A stretch of 64,000 bases of DNA. It comes from Escherichia phage UoN_LDJ77_1. The DNA lies in the sequence record OK570375. One strand, written 5' to 3'. Below the pieces are notes generated by a model, which saw only the letters and a list, made by a program, of their open reading frames with translations, did no database searches and was not told where the DNA came from. Positions within the stretch are counted from its first letter, which is position 1. Each line of letters opens with the position of its first letter. Position numbers and translations under genes: made by a program. Shown in pieces: positions 54,005 through 64,000 of the stretch.

Positions 54005-57000
54005 ATGGCCGAGATTAAAAGAAAGTTCAGAGCAGAAGACGGTCTGGACGCAGGTGGCGATAAAATAATCAACGTAGCTTTAGCTGATCGTACCGTAGGA
54101 ACTGACGGTGTCAACGTTGATTACTTAATTCAAGAAAACACAGTTCAACAATACGATCCAACTCGTGGATATTTAAAAGATTTTGTAATCATTTATGATA
54201 ACCGCTTTTGGGCTGCTATAAATGATATTCCAAAACCAGCAGGAGCTTTTAATAGCGTACGCTGGAGAGCATTACGTACTGATGCTAATTGGACAACTGT
54301 TTCATCAGGACCTTATCAATTAAAGTCAGGCGAATCAATTTCAGTTAACACCGCAGCTGGAAATGACATCACGTTTACTTTACCATCTACTCCAATTGAT
54401 GGTGATACTATCGTTCTCCAAGATATTGGAGGAAAACCTGGAGTTAACCAAGTTTTAATTGTAGCTCCAGTGCAAAGTATTGTAAACTTCAGAGGCGAGC
54501 AAGTACGATCAGTACTAATGACTCATCCAAAATCGCAGATAGTTTTAATTTTTAGTAATCGTCTGTGGCAAATGTACGTTGCTGATTATAGCAGAGAAGC
54601 TGCAATTGTAACACCGGCAAGTCTTTATCAGGCGCAATCTAACGATTTTATCGTGCGTAGATTTACTTCCGCTGCGCCGATTAATATTAAACTTCCGAGA
54701 TTTGCTAATCACGGCGATATTATTAATTTCGTCGATTTGGACAAATTAAATCCACTTTATCATACAATTGTTACTACATACGATGAAACAACTTCAGTGC
54801 AAGAAGTTGGAACTCATTCCATTGAAGGCCGTACGTCGATTGATGGTTTCTTAATGTATGATGATAATGAAAAATTGTGGAGATTGTTTGACGGGGATAG
54901 TAAAGCACGTTTACGTATTATAACAACTAATTCTAGTATTCGTCCAAATGAAGAAGTTATGGTATTTGGAGCGAATAACGGAACAACCCAAACAATTGAA
55001 CTTCAGCTTCCAACCGATATTTCCATTGGTGATACTGTTAAAATTTCCATGAATTATATGAGAAAAGGACAAACAGTTAAAATCAAAGCTGCCGGTGAAG
55101 ATAAAATTGCTTCTTCAGTTCAATTGCTGCAATTCCCAAAACGTTCAGAATATCCACCTGAAGCTGAATGGGTGACTGTTCAAGAATTAGTTTTTAACGG
55201 CGAAACTAATTATGTTCCAGTTTTACAGCTTGCTTATATAGAAGATTCTGATGGAAAATACTGGGTGGTACAACAAAACGTTCCAACAGTTGAAAGAGTT
55301 GATTCTTTAAATGATTCTACTAGAGCAAGATTAGGCGTAATTGCTTTAGCTACACAAGCTCAAGCAAATGCTGATTTAGAAAATTCTCCGCAAAAAGAAT
55401 TAGCAATTACACCAGAAACATTAGCTAACCGTACTGCTACAGAAACTCGTAGAGGTATCGCAAGAATAGCAACTACTGCCCAAGTGAACCAGGATACTAC
55501 ATTCTCTTTTGCTGATGATATTATCGTCACTCCTAAAAAGCTGAATGAAAGAACTGCCACAGAAACTCGTAGAGGTGTTGCTGAAATTGCGACGCAGCAA
55601 GAAACTAACGCAGGTACTGATGATACTGCAATCATCACTCCTAAAAAGCTTCAAGCTCGTCAAGGTTCTGAATCATTATCTGGTATTGTAACCTTTGTAT
55701 CTACTGCAGGAGCTACTCCAGCTTTTAGTCGTGAATTAAATGGTACAAACGTTTATAATAAAAACACTAATAATTTAGTTGTTTCGCCTAAAGCTTTGGA
55801 TCAGTATAAAGCTACTCCAACACAACAAGGTGCAGTAATTCTAGCAGTCGAAAGTGAAGTAATTGCTGGACAAAGCCAAGAAGGATGGGCAAATGCGGTT
55901 GTAACGCCAGAAACGTTACATAAAAAGACATCAACTGATGCAAGAATTGGTTTAATTGAAATTGCTACGCAAAGTGAAGTTAATACAGGAACTGATTATA
56001 CTCGTGCAGTCACTCCTAAAACTTTAAATGACCGTAAAGCAACTGAAAGTTTAAGTGGTATAGCTGAAATTGCTACGCAAGTTGAATTCGACGCAGGCGT
56101 CGACGATACTCGTATCTCTACACCATTAAAAATTAAAACCAGATTTAATAGTACTGATCGTACTTCTGTTGTTGCTCTGTCTGGATTAGTTGAATCAGGA
56201 ACTCTCTGGGACCATTATACCCTTAATATTCTTGAAGCAAATGAGACACAACGTGGTACACTTCGTGTGGCTACACAAGTTGAAGCTGCTGCAGGAACAT
56301 TGGATAATGTTCTAATAACTCCTAAAAAGCTTTTAGGTACTAAATCTACTGAAGCACAGGAAGGTGTTATTAAAGTTGCAACTCAGTCTGAAACTGTGGC
56401 TGGAACGTCAGCAAATACTGCTGTATCTCCAAAAAATTTAAAATGGATTGTGCAGAGTGAACCAACTTGGGCAGCAACTACTCTGATAAGAGGGTTTGTT
56501 AAAACTTCATCTGGTTCAATTACATTCGTTGGTAATGATACCGTTGGTTCAACGCAGTCATTAGAATTATACGAGAAAAATAGTTATGCAGTATCGCCAT
56601 ACGAATTAAACCGTGTATTAGCAAATTATTTGCCGTTAAAAGCAAAAGCTGTAGATAGTAATTTACTGGATGGTCTAGATTCATCTCAGTTCATTCGTAG
56701 GGATATTGCACAAACGGTTAATGGTTCACTAACCTTAACACAACAAACGAATCTGAGTGCCCCTCTTGTATCATCTAGTACTGCTACGTTTGGTGGTTCA
56801 GTTTCGGCAAATAGTGTACTAACTATTTCTAATACTGGAACAGAAACTCATCTGATTTTTGAGAAAGGACCTCAAACTGGAACTAACCAAGCGCAGACGG
56901 TGACTATTAGAGTGTGGGGTAATCAATTTAGTGGGGAATCAGACACAACACGTTCTACTGTATTTGAAGTTGGTGATGAAACGTCTAATCATTTTTATTC

Positions 57001-57874
57001 TCAGCGCAATAAAGCTGGAAATATAACATTTAATATCAACGGTACGGTAACACCTATAAATGTTAATGCTTCAGGAACATTGAATGCAAATGGTGTAGCA
57101 ACATTTGGTAATTCAGTCACTGCAACTGGTGAAATTATTTCTCGAAGCGCAAATGCTTTCCGTGCTATTAGCGGAAATTATGGTTTCATTGTTCGCAATG
57201 ACGGGTCAGTAACGAATTTTATGCTTACTGCATCGGGTGATCAGACTGGCGGATTTAATGGATTGCGTCCTTTAGCTATCAATAATGCATCTGGTCAAGT
57301 AACGATTGGCGAAAGCTTAATCATTGCCAAAGGTGCTACTATAAATTCAGGCGGTTTGACTGTTAACTCGAGAATTCGTTCTCAGGGTACTAAAACATCT
57401 GATTTATATACCCGCGCACCAACAACTGATACTGTAGGATTCTGGTCAATTGATATTAACGATTCAGCCACTTATAATCAGTTCCCGGGTTATTTTAAAA
57501 TGGTTGAAAAAACTAATGAAGTGACTGGACTTCCATACTTAGAACGTGGTGAAGAGGTTAAATCTCCTGGTACACTGACTCAGTTTGGTAACACACTTGA
57601 TTCGCTTTACCAAGATTGGATTACTTATCCAACAACTCCAGAAGCGCGTACCACTCGCTGGACACGTACATGGCAGAAAACCAAAAACTCTTGGTCAAGT
57701 TTTGTTCAGGTATTTGACGGAGGTAACCCTCCTCAACCGTCTGATATTGGTGCTTTACCATCTGATAATGCTATAATGGGTAATCTTACTATTCGTGATT
57801 TCTTACGAATTGGTAATGTTCGCATTATTCCTGACCCAGTGAATAAAACGGTTAAATTTGAATGGGTTGAATAA
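54005..57874 (+). CDS. 34: long tail fibre proximal subunit gp34
   Basis: 1289-aa ORF; late promoter at 53963. Confidence 0.95.
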   Translation: MAEIKRKFRAEDGLDAGGDKIINVALADRTVGTDGVNVDYLIQENTVQQYDPTRGYLKDFVIIYDNRFWAAINDIPKPAGAFNSVRWRALRTDANWTTVSSGPYQLKSGESISVNTAAGNDITFTLPSTPIDGDTIVLQDIGGKPGVNQVLIVAPVQSIVNFRGEQVRSVLMTHPKSQIVLIFSNRLWQMYVADYSREAAIVTPASLYQAQSNDFIVRRFTSAAPINIKLPRFANHGDIINFVDLDKLNPLYHTIVTTYDETTSVQEVGTHSIEGRTSIDGFLMYDDNEKLWRLFDGDSKARLRIITTNSSIRPNEEVMVFGANNGTTQTIELQLPTDISIGDTVKISMNYMRKGQTVKIKAAGEDKIASSVQLLQFPKRSEYPPEAEWVTVQELVFNGETNYVPVLQLAYIEDSDGKYWVVQQNVPTVERVDSLNDSTRARLGVIALATQAQANADLENSPQKELAITPETLANRTATETRRGIARIATTAQVNQDTTFSFADDIIVTPKKLNERTATETRRGVAEIATQQETNAGTDDTAIITPKKLQARQGSESLSGIVTFVSTAGATPAFSRELNGTNVYNKNTNNLVVSPKALDQYKATPTQQGAVILAVESEVIAGQSQEGWANAVVTPETLHKKTSTDARIGLIEIATQSEVNTGTDYTRAVTPKTLNDRKATESLSGIAEIATQVEFDAGVDDTRISTPLKIKTRFNSTDRTSVVALSGLVESGTLWDHYTLNILEANETQRGTLRVATQVEAAAGTLDNVLITPKKLLGTKSTEAQEGVIKVATQSETVAGTSANTAVSPKNLKWIVQSEPTWAATTLIRGFVKTSSGSITFVGNDTVGSTQSLELYEKNSYAVSPYELNRVLANYLPLKAKAVDSNLLDGLDSSQFIRRDIAQTVNGSLTLTQQTNLSAPLVSSSTATFGGSVSANSVLTISNTGTETHLIFEKGPQTGTNQAQTVTIRVWGNQFSGESDTTRSTVFEVGDETSNHFYSQRNKAGNITFNINGTVTPINVNASGTLNANGVATFGNSVTATGEIISRSANAFRAISGNYGFIVRNDGSVTNFMLTASGDQTGGFNGLRPLAINNASGQVTIGESLIIAKGATINSGGLTVNSRIRSQGTKTSDLYTRAPTTDTVGFWSIDINDSATYNQFPGYFKMVEKTNEVTGLPYLERGEEVKSPGTLTQFGNTLDSLYQDWITYPTTPEARTTRWTRTWQKTKNSWSSFVQVFDGGNPPQPSDIGALPSDNAIMGNLTIRDFLRIGNVRIIPDPVNKTVKFEWVE

Positions 57875-57882
57875 GAGGTATT

Positions 57883-59001
57883 ATGGAAAAATTTATGGCA
57901 GAGTTTGGACAAGGATATGTCCAAACGCCATTTTTATCGGAAAGCAATTCAGTAAGATATAAAATAAGTATAGCGGGTTCTTGCCCGCTTTCTACTGCAG
58001 AAGGACCATACGTTAAATTTCAGGATAATCCTGTAGGAAGTCAAACATTTAGCGCAGGCCTTCATTTAAGAGTTTTTGACCCTTCCACCGGAGCATTAGT
58101 TGATAGTAAGTCATATGCTTTTTCGACTTCAAATGATACTACATCAGCTGCCTTTGTTAGTTTCATGAATTCTTTGATGAATAATCGAATTGTTGCTATA
58201 TTAACTAACGGAAAGGTTAATTTTCCTCCTGAAGTAGCATCTTGGCTAAGAGCCGCGGGAACGTCTGCTTTTCCATCTGACTCTGTATTGTCAAGATTCG
58301 ACGTATCATATGCTGCTTTTTATACTTCTTCTAAAAGAGCTATCGCATTAGAGCATGTTAAATTAAGTAATAGAAAAAGCACAGATGATTATCAAACTGT
58401 TTTAGATGTTGTATTTGACAGTTTAGAAGACGTCGGAGCTACCGGGTTTCCAAGAAGAACATATGAAAGCGTTGAGCAGTTTATGTCAGCGGTTGGTGGA
58501 ACTAATAACGAAATTGCACGTCTACCAACTTCAGCTGCTATAAGTAAATTATCTGATTATAATTTAATTCCAGGCGATGTTCTTTATCTTAAAGCACAAC
58601 TATATGCTGATGCCGATTTACTTGCTCTTGGAACTACGAATATATCCATTAGATTTTATAATGAATCGGATGGATATATTTCTTCAACACATGCTGAGTT
58701 TACTGGTCAAGCTGGGTCATGGGAATTAAAGGAAGATTATGTAGTTGTTCCTGAAAATGCGGTAGGATTTACGATATATGCGCAAAGAACTGCCCAAGCA
58801 GGTCAAGGAGGCATGAGAAATTTAAGCTTTTCTGAAGTATCAAGAAATGGCGGCATTTCAAAACCTGCTGAATTTGGCGTCAACGGTATTCGCGTTAATT
58901 ATGTCTGTGAATCTGCTTCGCCTCCAGATATAATGGTACTTCCTACACAAGCATCGTCTAAAACTGGTAAAGTGTTTGGACAAGAATTTAGAGAAGTTTA
59001 A
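57883..59001 (+). CDS. 35: long tail fibre hinge connector gp35
   Basis: 372-aa ORF. Confidence 0.9.
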   Translation: MEKFMAEFGQGYVQTPFLSESNSVRYKISIAGSCPLSTAEGPYVKFQDNPVGSQTFSAGLHLRVFDPSTGALVDSKSYAFSTSNDTTSAAFVSFMNSLMNNRIVAILTNGKVNFPPEVASWLRAAGTSAFPSDSVLSRFDVSYAAFYTSSKRAIALEHVKLSNRKSTDDYQTVLDVVFDSLEDVGATGFPRRTYESVEQFMSAVGGTNNEIARLPTSAAISKLSDYNLIPGDVLYLKAQLYADADLLALGTTNISIRFYNESDGYISSTHAEFTGQAGSWELKEDYVVVPENAVGFTIYAQRTAQAGQGGMRNLSFSEVSRNGGISKPAEFGVNGIRVNYVCESASPPDIMVLPTQASSKTGKVFGQEFREV

Positions 59002-59006
59002 ATTGA

Positions 59007-59030
59007 GGGAGCCTTCGGGTTCCCTTTTTC
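59007..59030 (+). terminator. terminator after gene 35
   Basis: GGGAGCC-UUCG-GGUUCCC followed by TTTTTCTTT. Confidence 0.7.
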
Positions 59031-59032
59031 TT

Positions 59033-59040
59033 TATAAATA
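59033..59040 (+). promoter_or_regulatory. late promoter TATAAATA (gene 36)
   Basis: Exact motif 24 nt upstream of gene 36. Confidence 0.7.
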
Positions 59041-59063
59041 CTATTAAAATAAAGGGGCATACA

Positions 59064-59720
59064 ATGGCTGATTTAAAAGTAGGTTCAACAACAGGAGGCT
59101 CTGTCATTTGGCATCAAGGAAATTTTCCATTGAATCCAGCCGGTGACGATGTACTCTATAAATCATTTAAAATATATTCAGAATACAATAAACCACAAGC
59201 TGCAGATAACGATTTCGTTTCTAAAGCTAATGGTGGTACTTATTTAAATAAAGTAATTTTTAATAAAGGAATGACTGTTCCCGGCGCGGGGTCAGGTGAT
59301 AATGGTATTTTTGCTGGTCCTGGTGATAGTGCCACGTATGATACTACAAATATGGATATTGTTTCGTGGTATGGTATTGGTTTTAAATCATCACAGGGTT
59401 CAGCGGGTAGAACTGTAGTAATTAACACGCGAAATGGAGATATTAGCTCAAAGGGTGTAATTGAAGCATCACAAATACGCGCAACTTCATTATCTCCAGT
59501 AAATAATTATGACCTTACACGGAAAGATTATGTTGATGGAGCAATAAATATTGTTACAGCAAACGCAAACTCTAGGGTATTACGCTCTGGAGACACTATG
59601 ACAGGAAATTTAACTGCGCCAAACCTTTTTTCACAGAATCCTGCATCTCAACCCTCACATGTTCCACGATTTGATCAAATTGTTATTAAGGATTCTGTTC
59701 AAGATTTCGGCTATTATTAA
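59064..59720 (+). CDS. 36: long tail fibre proximal connector gp36
   Basis: 218-aa ORF; late promoter at 59033. Confidence 0.9.
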   Translation: MADLKVGSTTGGSVIWHQGNFPLNPAGDDVLYKSFKIYSEYNKPQAADNDFVSKANGGTYLNKVIFNKGMTVPGAGSGDNGIFAGPGDSATYDTTNMDIVSWYGIGFKSSQGSAGRTVVINTRNGDISSKGVIEASQIRATSLSPVNNYDLTRKDYVDGAINIVTANANSRVLRSGDTMTGNLTAPNLFSQNPASQPSHVPRFDQIVIKDSVQDFGYY

Positions 59721-59728
59721 GAGGACTT

Positions 59729-62700
59729 ATGGCTACTTTAAAACAAATACAATTTAAAAGAAGCAAAACTGCAGGAGCACGTCCTGCCGCTTCAGTATTA
59801 GCCGAAGGTGAATTGGCTATAAACTTAAAAGACCGTGTACTTTTTACTAAAGATGACCAAGGAAATATTATTGATCTTGGTTTTGCTAAGGGCGGTAGTA
59901 TTGACGGGAATGTTATTCATATAGGAAATTATAATCAAACTGGTGATTATACTTTAAATGGCACCTTCACTCAGACAGGTAATTTTAATTTAACTGGTAT
60001 TGCTCGAGTAACTCGCGATATTATTGCCGCCGGGCAAATTATGACTGAGGGCGGAGAACTTATTACAAAAAGCTCAGGTACATCACATGTTCGTTTTTTC
60101 GATAACAATAGCCGCGAACGTGGAATCATTTATGCCCCGGCTAATGATGGTTTAACTACACAAGTACTTAATATCAGGGTTCAAGACTACGCCGCTGGTG
60201 ATGAAAGCACCTATGCATTTTCGGGCAGTGGCCTATTTACTTCACCTGAAGTATCAGCATGGAAATCTATTTCGTCTCCACAAATTCTGACCGATAAAGT
60301 TATTACAAATGGGAAGAAGACAGGCGATTATGATATCTATTCATTATCAAATAACACTCCATTGGCAGAAAGCGAAACGGCTATTAACCACCTCCGTGTT
60401 ATGCGAAATGCTGTAGGAGCAGGTATTTTCCACGAAGTTAATGTTAATGACGGAATAACCTGGTATTCCGGAGATGGCTTAGACACTTATCTTTGGTCGT
60501 TTACCTGGTCCGGTGGGTTGAAAGCGGGTCATTCTATTTCTATAGGTACCCCAGGCGGTCCAAAAGGATATTCTGAATTAGGAACTGCTTCGATTACTCT
60601 TGGTGATAATGACACCGGGTTAAAATGGCATCAGGACGGATATTATTTCAGCGTTAATAATGGAACAAAAACATTTTTATTTAGTCCTAGTGAAACAACT
60701 AGTCTAAGAAAATTTGTAGCTGGATATTCTACTAACGGAACCGATTTAACGACTCCTCCAACTGAAAACTATGCTCTTGCTACTGTCGTGACATATCACG
60801 ATAATAACGCGTTTGGAGATGGTCAGACTCTTTTAGGATATTATCAAGGCGGTAATTATCATCACTATTTCCGCGGTAAAGGTACTACAAACATTAATAC
60901 TCACGGCGGTTTGTTAGTTACTCCTGGTAATATTGACGTTATTGGTGGTTCTGTTAATATCGATGGTAGAAATAATGCTTCTACACTGATGTTTAGAGGT
61001 AACACGACCGGAGCTAGTTCAGTTGATAATATGACAATTTCTGTGTGGGGCAATACGTTTACTAATCCTAGTGTAGGTAATCGTAAAAACGTCATGGAAA
61101 TTTCTGATGCAACTAGTTGGATGAGCTATATTCAAAGACTTACAACAGGTGAAGTAGAAATGAACGTTAACGGTTCATTTGAATCATCTGGTGTTACTGC
61201 TGGAAATAGAGGAGTTCACACAACAGGCGAAATTTCATCTGGGGCTGTGAATGCACTTCGCATTTGGAATGCAGATTATGGAGCCATTTTTAGACGTTCA
61301 GAAGGTAGTCTTCATATTATTCCAACTGCTTATGGTGAAGGCAAAAATGGTGATATCGGTCCACTTCGCCCGTTTAGTATGGCTTTAGATACCGGTAAAG
61401 TTACTATTCCAGATTTACAATCAAGTTATAACACGTTTGCTGCAAATGGCTACATTAAATTTGCTGGTCATGGGGCTGGTGCCGGTGGTTATGATATTCA
61501 GTATTCACAAGCTGCTCCTATTTTCCAAGAAATCGATGATGCTGCTGTAAGCAAATATTATCCTATTGTTAAACAGAAGTTTTTAAACGGTAAAGCCGTT
61601 TGGTCTTTAGGTACTGAAATTAATTCAGGTACTTTTGTTTTACATCATTTGAAAGAAGATGGTTCACAAGGCCATACATCAAGATTTAATGCTGATGGTA
61701 CAGTTAATTTCCCCGATAACGTTCAGGTCGGCGGCGGTGAAGCTACTATTGCTCGTAATGGTAATATTTTCTCAGATATTTGGAAATCGTTTACTTCTGC
61801 GGGAGAAATCACAAATATTCGCGATGCAATAGCTACTCGTGTTTCTAAAGAAGGCGACACGATGACTGGTAAATTGACTTTATCGGCAGGCAATGATGCT
61901 CTCATTTTAACTGCGGGCGAAGGTGCTTCATCACATATCCGTAGTGATGTAGGTGGTACAGGTAACTGGTATATAGGCAAAGGCGGCGGCGACAATGGTC
62001 TAGGTTTTTATAGTTACATTACACAAGGCGGTGTATACATAACAAATAACGGCGAAATATCGCTTTCTCCTCAAGGTCAAGGAACATTTAATTTTAATAG
62101 AGACCGCCTTCATATAAACGGTACACAATGGGTTGCGCACCAAGCTGGTGATTGGGGAAACCAATGGCGACAAGAAGCGCCAATATTTGTAGATTTTGGC
62201 AATGTCGGTAATGATAGTTATTACCCGATTATCAAAGGAAAATCTGGTATTACTAATGAAGGATACATATCTGGTGTTGATTTTGGTATGCGACGCACTA
62301 CTAACCAATGGGCTCAGGCTATTATCCGTGTTGGTAACCAGGAAAATGGTTCTGACCCACAAGCTATCTATGAATTTCACCACAATGGAGTTCTGTATGC
62401 TCCTAATATGGTTCAAGCTGGAGCAAGATTATCAGCTGGTGGAGGTGATCCGGTATGGCAAGGCGCATGCGTTGTTATTGGTGATAATGATACTGGATTA
62501 GTTCATGGCGGTGATGGACGAATTAACATGGTTGCAAATGGAATGCATATTGCTTCATGGTCTTCATCCCATCATGAACACACTGGGCTTTGGGGTACCG
62601 ACGGCGCGTTTTGGACTGAAACCGGAAGAGCTATTATTTCATTTGGACATTTAATTCAACAGAATGACAGTTATTCAACATATGTCCGCGATGTTTATGT

Positions 62701-63040
62701 CCGCTCTGATATTCGTGTCAAAAAGGACCTAGTTAAATTTGAAAATGCTTCTGAGAAGCTTTCAAAAATTAACGGTTACACTTATATGCAGAAGCGAGGC
62801 CTAGATGAAGAAGGTAATCAAAAATGGGAACCTAACGCAGGTTTAATTGCTCAAGAAGTTCAAGCTATTTTGCCAGAATTAGTTGAAGGTGACCCGGATG
62901 GTGAAGCTTTACTTCGTTTGAATTACAACGGTGTAATCGGTTTAAATACAGCTGCAATCAATGAGCATACTGCAGAAATTGCAGAACTTAAGTCAGAGAT
63001 TGAAGAGCTTAAAAAGTTAGTCAAATCATTGTTAAAATAA
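59729..63040 (+). CDS. 37: long tail fibre distal subunit gp37 with C-terminal intramolecular chaperone domain
   Basis: 1103-aa ORF; C-terminal ~111 aa starts at SDIRVKKDL (S74-type autoproteolysis motif) and ends in a coiled coil. Confidence 0.9.
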   Translation: MATLKQIQFKRSKTAGARPAASVLAEGELAINLKDRVLFTKDDQGNIIDLGFAKGGSIDGNVIHIGNYNQTGDYTLNGTFTQTGNFNLTGIARVTRDIIAAGQIMTEGGELITKSSGTSHVRFFDNNSRERGIIYAPANDGLTTQVLNIRVQDYAAGDESTYAFSGSGLFTSPEVSAWKSISSPQILTDKVITNGKKTGDYDIYSLSNNTPLAESETAINHLRVMRNAVGAGIFHEVNVNDGITWYSGDGLDTYLWSFTWSGGLKAGHSISIGTPGGPKGYSELGTASITLGDNDTGLKWHQDGYYFSVNNGTKTFLFSPSETTSLRKFVAGYSTNGTDLTTPPTENYALATVVTYHDNNAFGDGQTLLGYYQGGNYHHYFRGKGTTNINTHGGLLVTPGNIDVIGGSVNIDGRNNASTLMFRGNTTGASSVDNMTISVWGNTFTNPSVGNRKNVMEISDATSWMSYIQRLTTGEVEMNVNGSFESSGVTAGNRGVHTTGEISSGAVNALRIWNADYGAIFRRSEGSLHIIPTAYGEGKNGDIGPLRPFSMALDTGKVTIPDLQSSYNTFAANGYIKFAGHGAGAGGYDIQYSQAAPIFQEIDDAAVSKYYPIVKQKFLNGKAVWSLGTEINSGTFVLHHLKEDGSQGHTSRFNADGTVNFPDNVQVGGGEATIARNGNIFSDIWKSFTSAGEITNIRDAIATRVSKEGDTMTGKLTLSAGNDALILTAGEGASSHIRSDVGGTGNWYIGKGGGDNGLGFYSYITQGGVYITNNGEISLSPQGQGTFNFNRDRLHINGTQWVAHQAGDWGNQWRQEAPIFVDFGNVGNDSYYPIIKGKSGITNEGYISGVDFGMRRTTNQWAQAIIRVGNQENGSDPQAIYEFHHNGVLYAPNMVQAGARLSAGGGDPVWQGACVVIGDNDTGLVHGGDGRINMVANGMHIASWSSSHHEHTGLWGTDGAFWTETGRAIISFGHLIQQNDSYSTYVRDVYVRSDIRVKKDLVKFENASEKLSKINGYTYMQKRGLDEEGNQKWEPNAGLIAQEVQAILPELVEGDPDGEALLRLNYNGVIGLNTAAINEHTAEIAELKSEIEELKKLVKSLLK
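62705..63037 (+). other. gp37 C-terminal intramolecular chaperone / autoproteolysis domain
   Basis: Motif [10 protein letters not shown] followed by ~100 aa and a terminal coiled coil. Confidence 0.65.
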
Positions 63041-63044
63041 TAAG

Positions 63045-63060
63045 AGGGGCTTCGGCCCCT
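63045..63060 (+). other. intercistronic hairpin between genes 37 and 38
   Basis: AGGGGC-UUCG-GCCCCU without T-run, directly before gp38 SD. Confidence 0.5.
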
Positions 63061-63071
63061 TGGAGGTTTAT

Positions 63072-63845
63072 ATGGCAGTTGAAGGACCGTGGGTAGGATG
63101 GTCTGCGAGGGTACAAACTGGAGACCCTTGGATGGGTGGTGCCGCACAGAGATTGAGAATGGGAATTCCGTTTTGGATGAGTAATATGATAGGTCGATCT
63201 GTTGAAGTAATTCACACACTTGGAGCAGACCATAACTTCAATGGTCAATGGTTCCGAGATAGATGTTTTGAGGCAGGTAGTACACCTATAGTGTTTAATA
63301 TCACTGGAGATTTAGTATCATATTCTAAAGATGTTCCTTTATTCTTCATGTACGGAGATACACCGAATGAATATGTTCAACTGAATATACATGGTGTAAC
63401 GATGTATGGCCGTGGCGGGAATGGCGGTAGCAATAGTCCTGGCTCAGCTGGGGGTCATTGTATTCAAAATGATATTGGTGGGAGACTAAGAATTAATAAT
63501 GGTGGAGCTATTGCAGGCGGCGGTGGCGGTGGCGGCGGCGGTAACTACGGTAGACTATCATTTGGTGGTGGTGGTGGTCGCCCATTCGGTGCTGGCGGGT
63601 CTTCCTCTCATATGGGTGCTGGTGCAACCGCTGGCACCATTTCCGCTCCGGGTGCAGGATCTGTCGGTGAGGGGTCTCTTTGGGTATATACAGGCGGGAA
63701 TGGCGGTGAAGTTGGCTCAGCAGGAGGTAGATGTAATATTCATGGGAACGGTACAGAATATAACGGTGGTGCTGCTGGTTATGCCGTCATAGGGTCTACA
63801 CCGACATGGCAAAACGTTGGAGCAATATATGGTCCAAGAGTATAA
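63072..63845 (+). CDS. 38: T2-type tail fibre adhesin gp38 with glycine-rich motifs
   Basis: ATG at 63072 with GGAGG SD (track start 63060 is TTG); four poly-Gly motifs. Confidence 0.85.
   Translation: MAVEGPWVGWSARVQTGDPWMGGAAQRLRMGIPFWMSNMIGRSVEVIHTLGADHNFNGQWFRDRCFEAGSTPIVFNITGDLVSYSKDVPLFFMYGDTPNEYVQLNIHGVTMYGRGGNGGSNSPGSAGGHCIQNDIGGRLRINNGGAIAGGGGGGGGGNYGRLSFGGGGGRPFGAGGSSSHMGAGATAGTISAPGAGSVGEGSLWVYTGGNGGEVGSAGGRCNIHGNGTEYNGGAAGYAVIGSTPTWQNVGAIYGPRV
63516..63542 (+). repeat. (GGN)9 glycine-codon microsatellite in gp38
   Basis: ggcggcggtggcggtggcggcggcggt encoding G9. Confidence 0.85.
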
Positions 63846-63875
63846 TTTGAATAAATATCCTTAAAAGGAGGGTCT

Positions 63876-64000
63876 ATGGCAGCACCTAGAATATCATTTT
63901 CGCCCTCTGATATTCTGTTGGGTGTTCTAGATCGCTTGTTCAAAGATAACGCTACCGGGAAGGTTCTTGCTTCCCGAGTAGCTGTCGTAATTCTTTTATT
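63876..64000 (+). CDS. t: holin t (3'-truncated by window edge)
   Basis: MAAPRISFSPSDIL... N-terminus with AAGGAGG SD. Confidence 0.85.
   Translation, partial: MAAPRISFSPSDILLGVLDRLFKDNATGKVLASRVAVVILL

Noticed and set aside
55360-55663. Minus-strand ORFs of 92 and 80 aa inside gene 34
   Set aside because: Antisense to the repeat region of the tail fibre gene; no translation signals.

Overview
This 64-kb window is a contiguous segment of a T4-like (T-even, Tevenvirinae) coliphage genome; this call rests on recalled T4 protein sequences, lengths and gene order, not on any database search. It runs from the terminase genes (16/17) through the virion module (18-24, hoc), the recombination/baseplate block (uvsW, uvsY, 25-29, 48, 54), a long leftward early region (alt, DNA ligase 30, rIII, 31, cd, pseT, alc, rnlA, denA, nrdB, nrdA, td, frd, 32, 59, 33, dsbA, rnh) and the long tail fibre genes (34-38) to the start of holin t. 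No rRNA, tRNA or CRISPR was seen. Most of the window is conserved backbone with typical late promoters (TATAAATA), early promoters (GTTTAC-17/18-TATAAT-like) and tetraloop hairpin terminators. The strongest candidate for something unusual is nrdA, which is interrupted after its active-site motif by an HNH endonuclease ORF; the compact overlapping arrangement favours a 'gene in pieces' over a self-splicing intron, but this cannot be settled from sequence alone. Other points of interest: an nrdB group I intron carrying a full-length I-TevIII-like endonuclease, an intron-free td, a recent tandem Ig-domain duplication in hoc, decayed alt N-terminal paralog remnants, extra ORFs inserted at frd-td and td-nrdA (one DUF4326-like), and a T2-type gp38 adhesin next to a gp37 with a C-terminal autoproteolytic chaperone domain. 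I did not find evidence for a multi-gene defence or anti-defence system beyond these.
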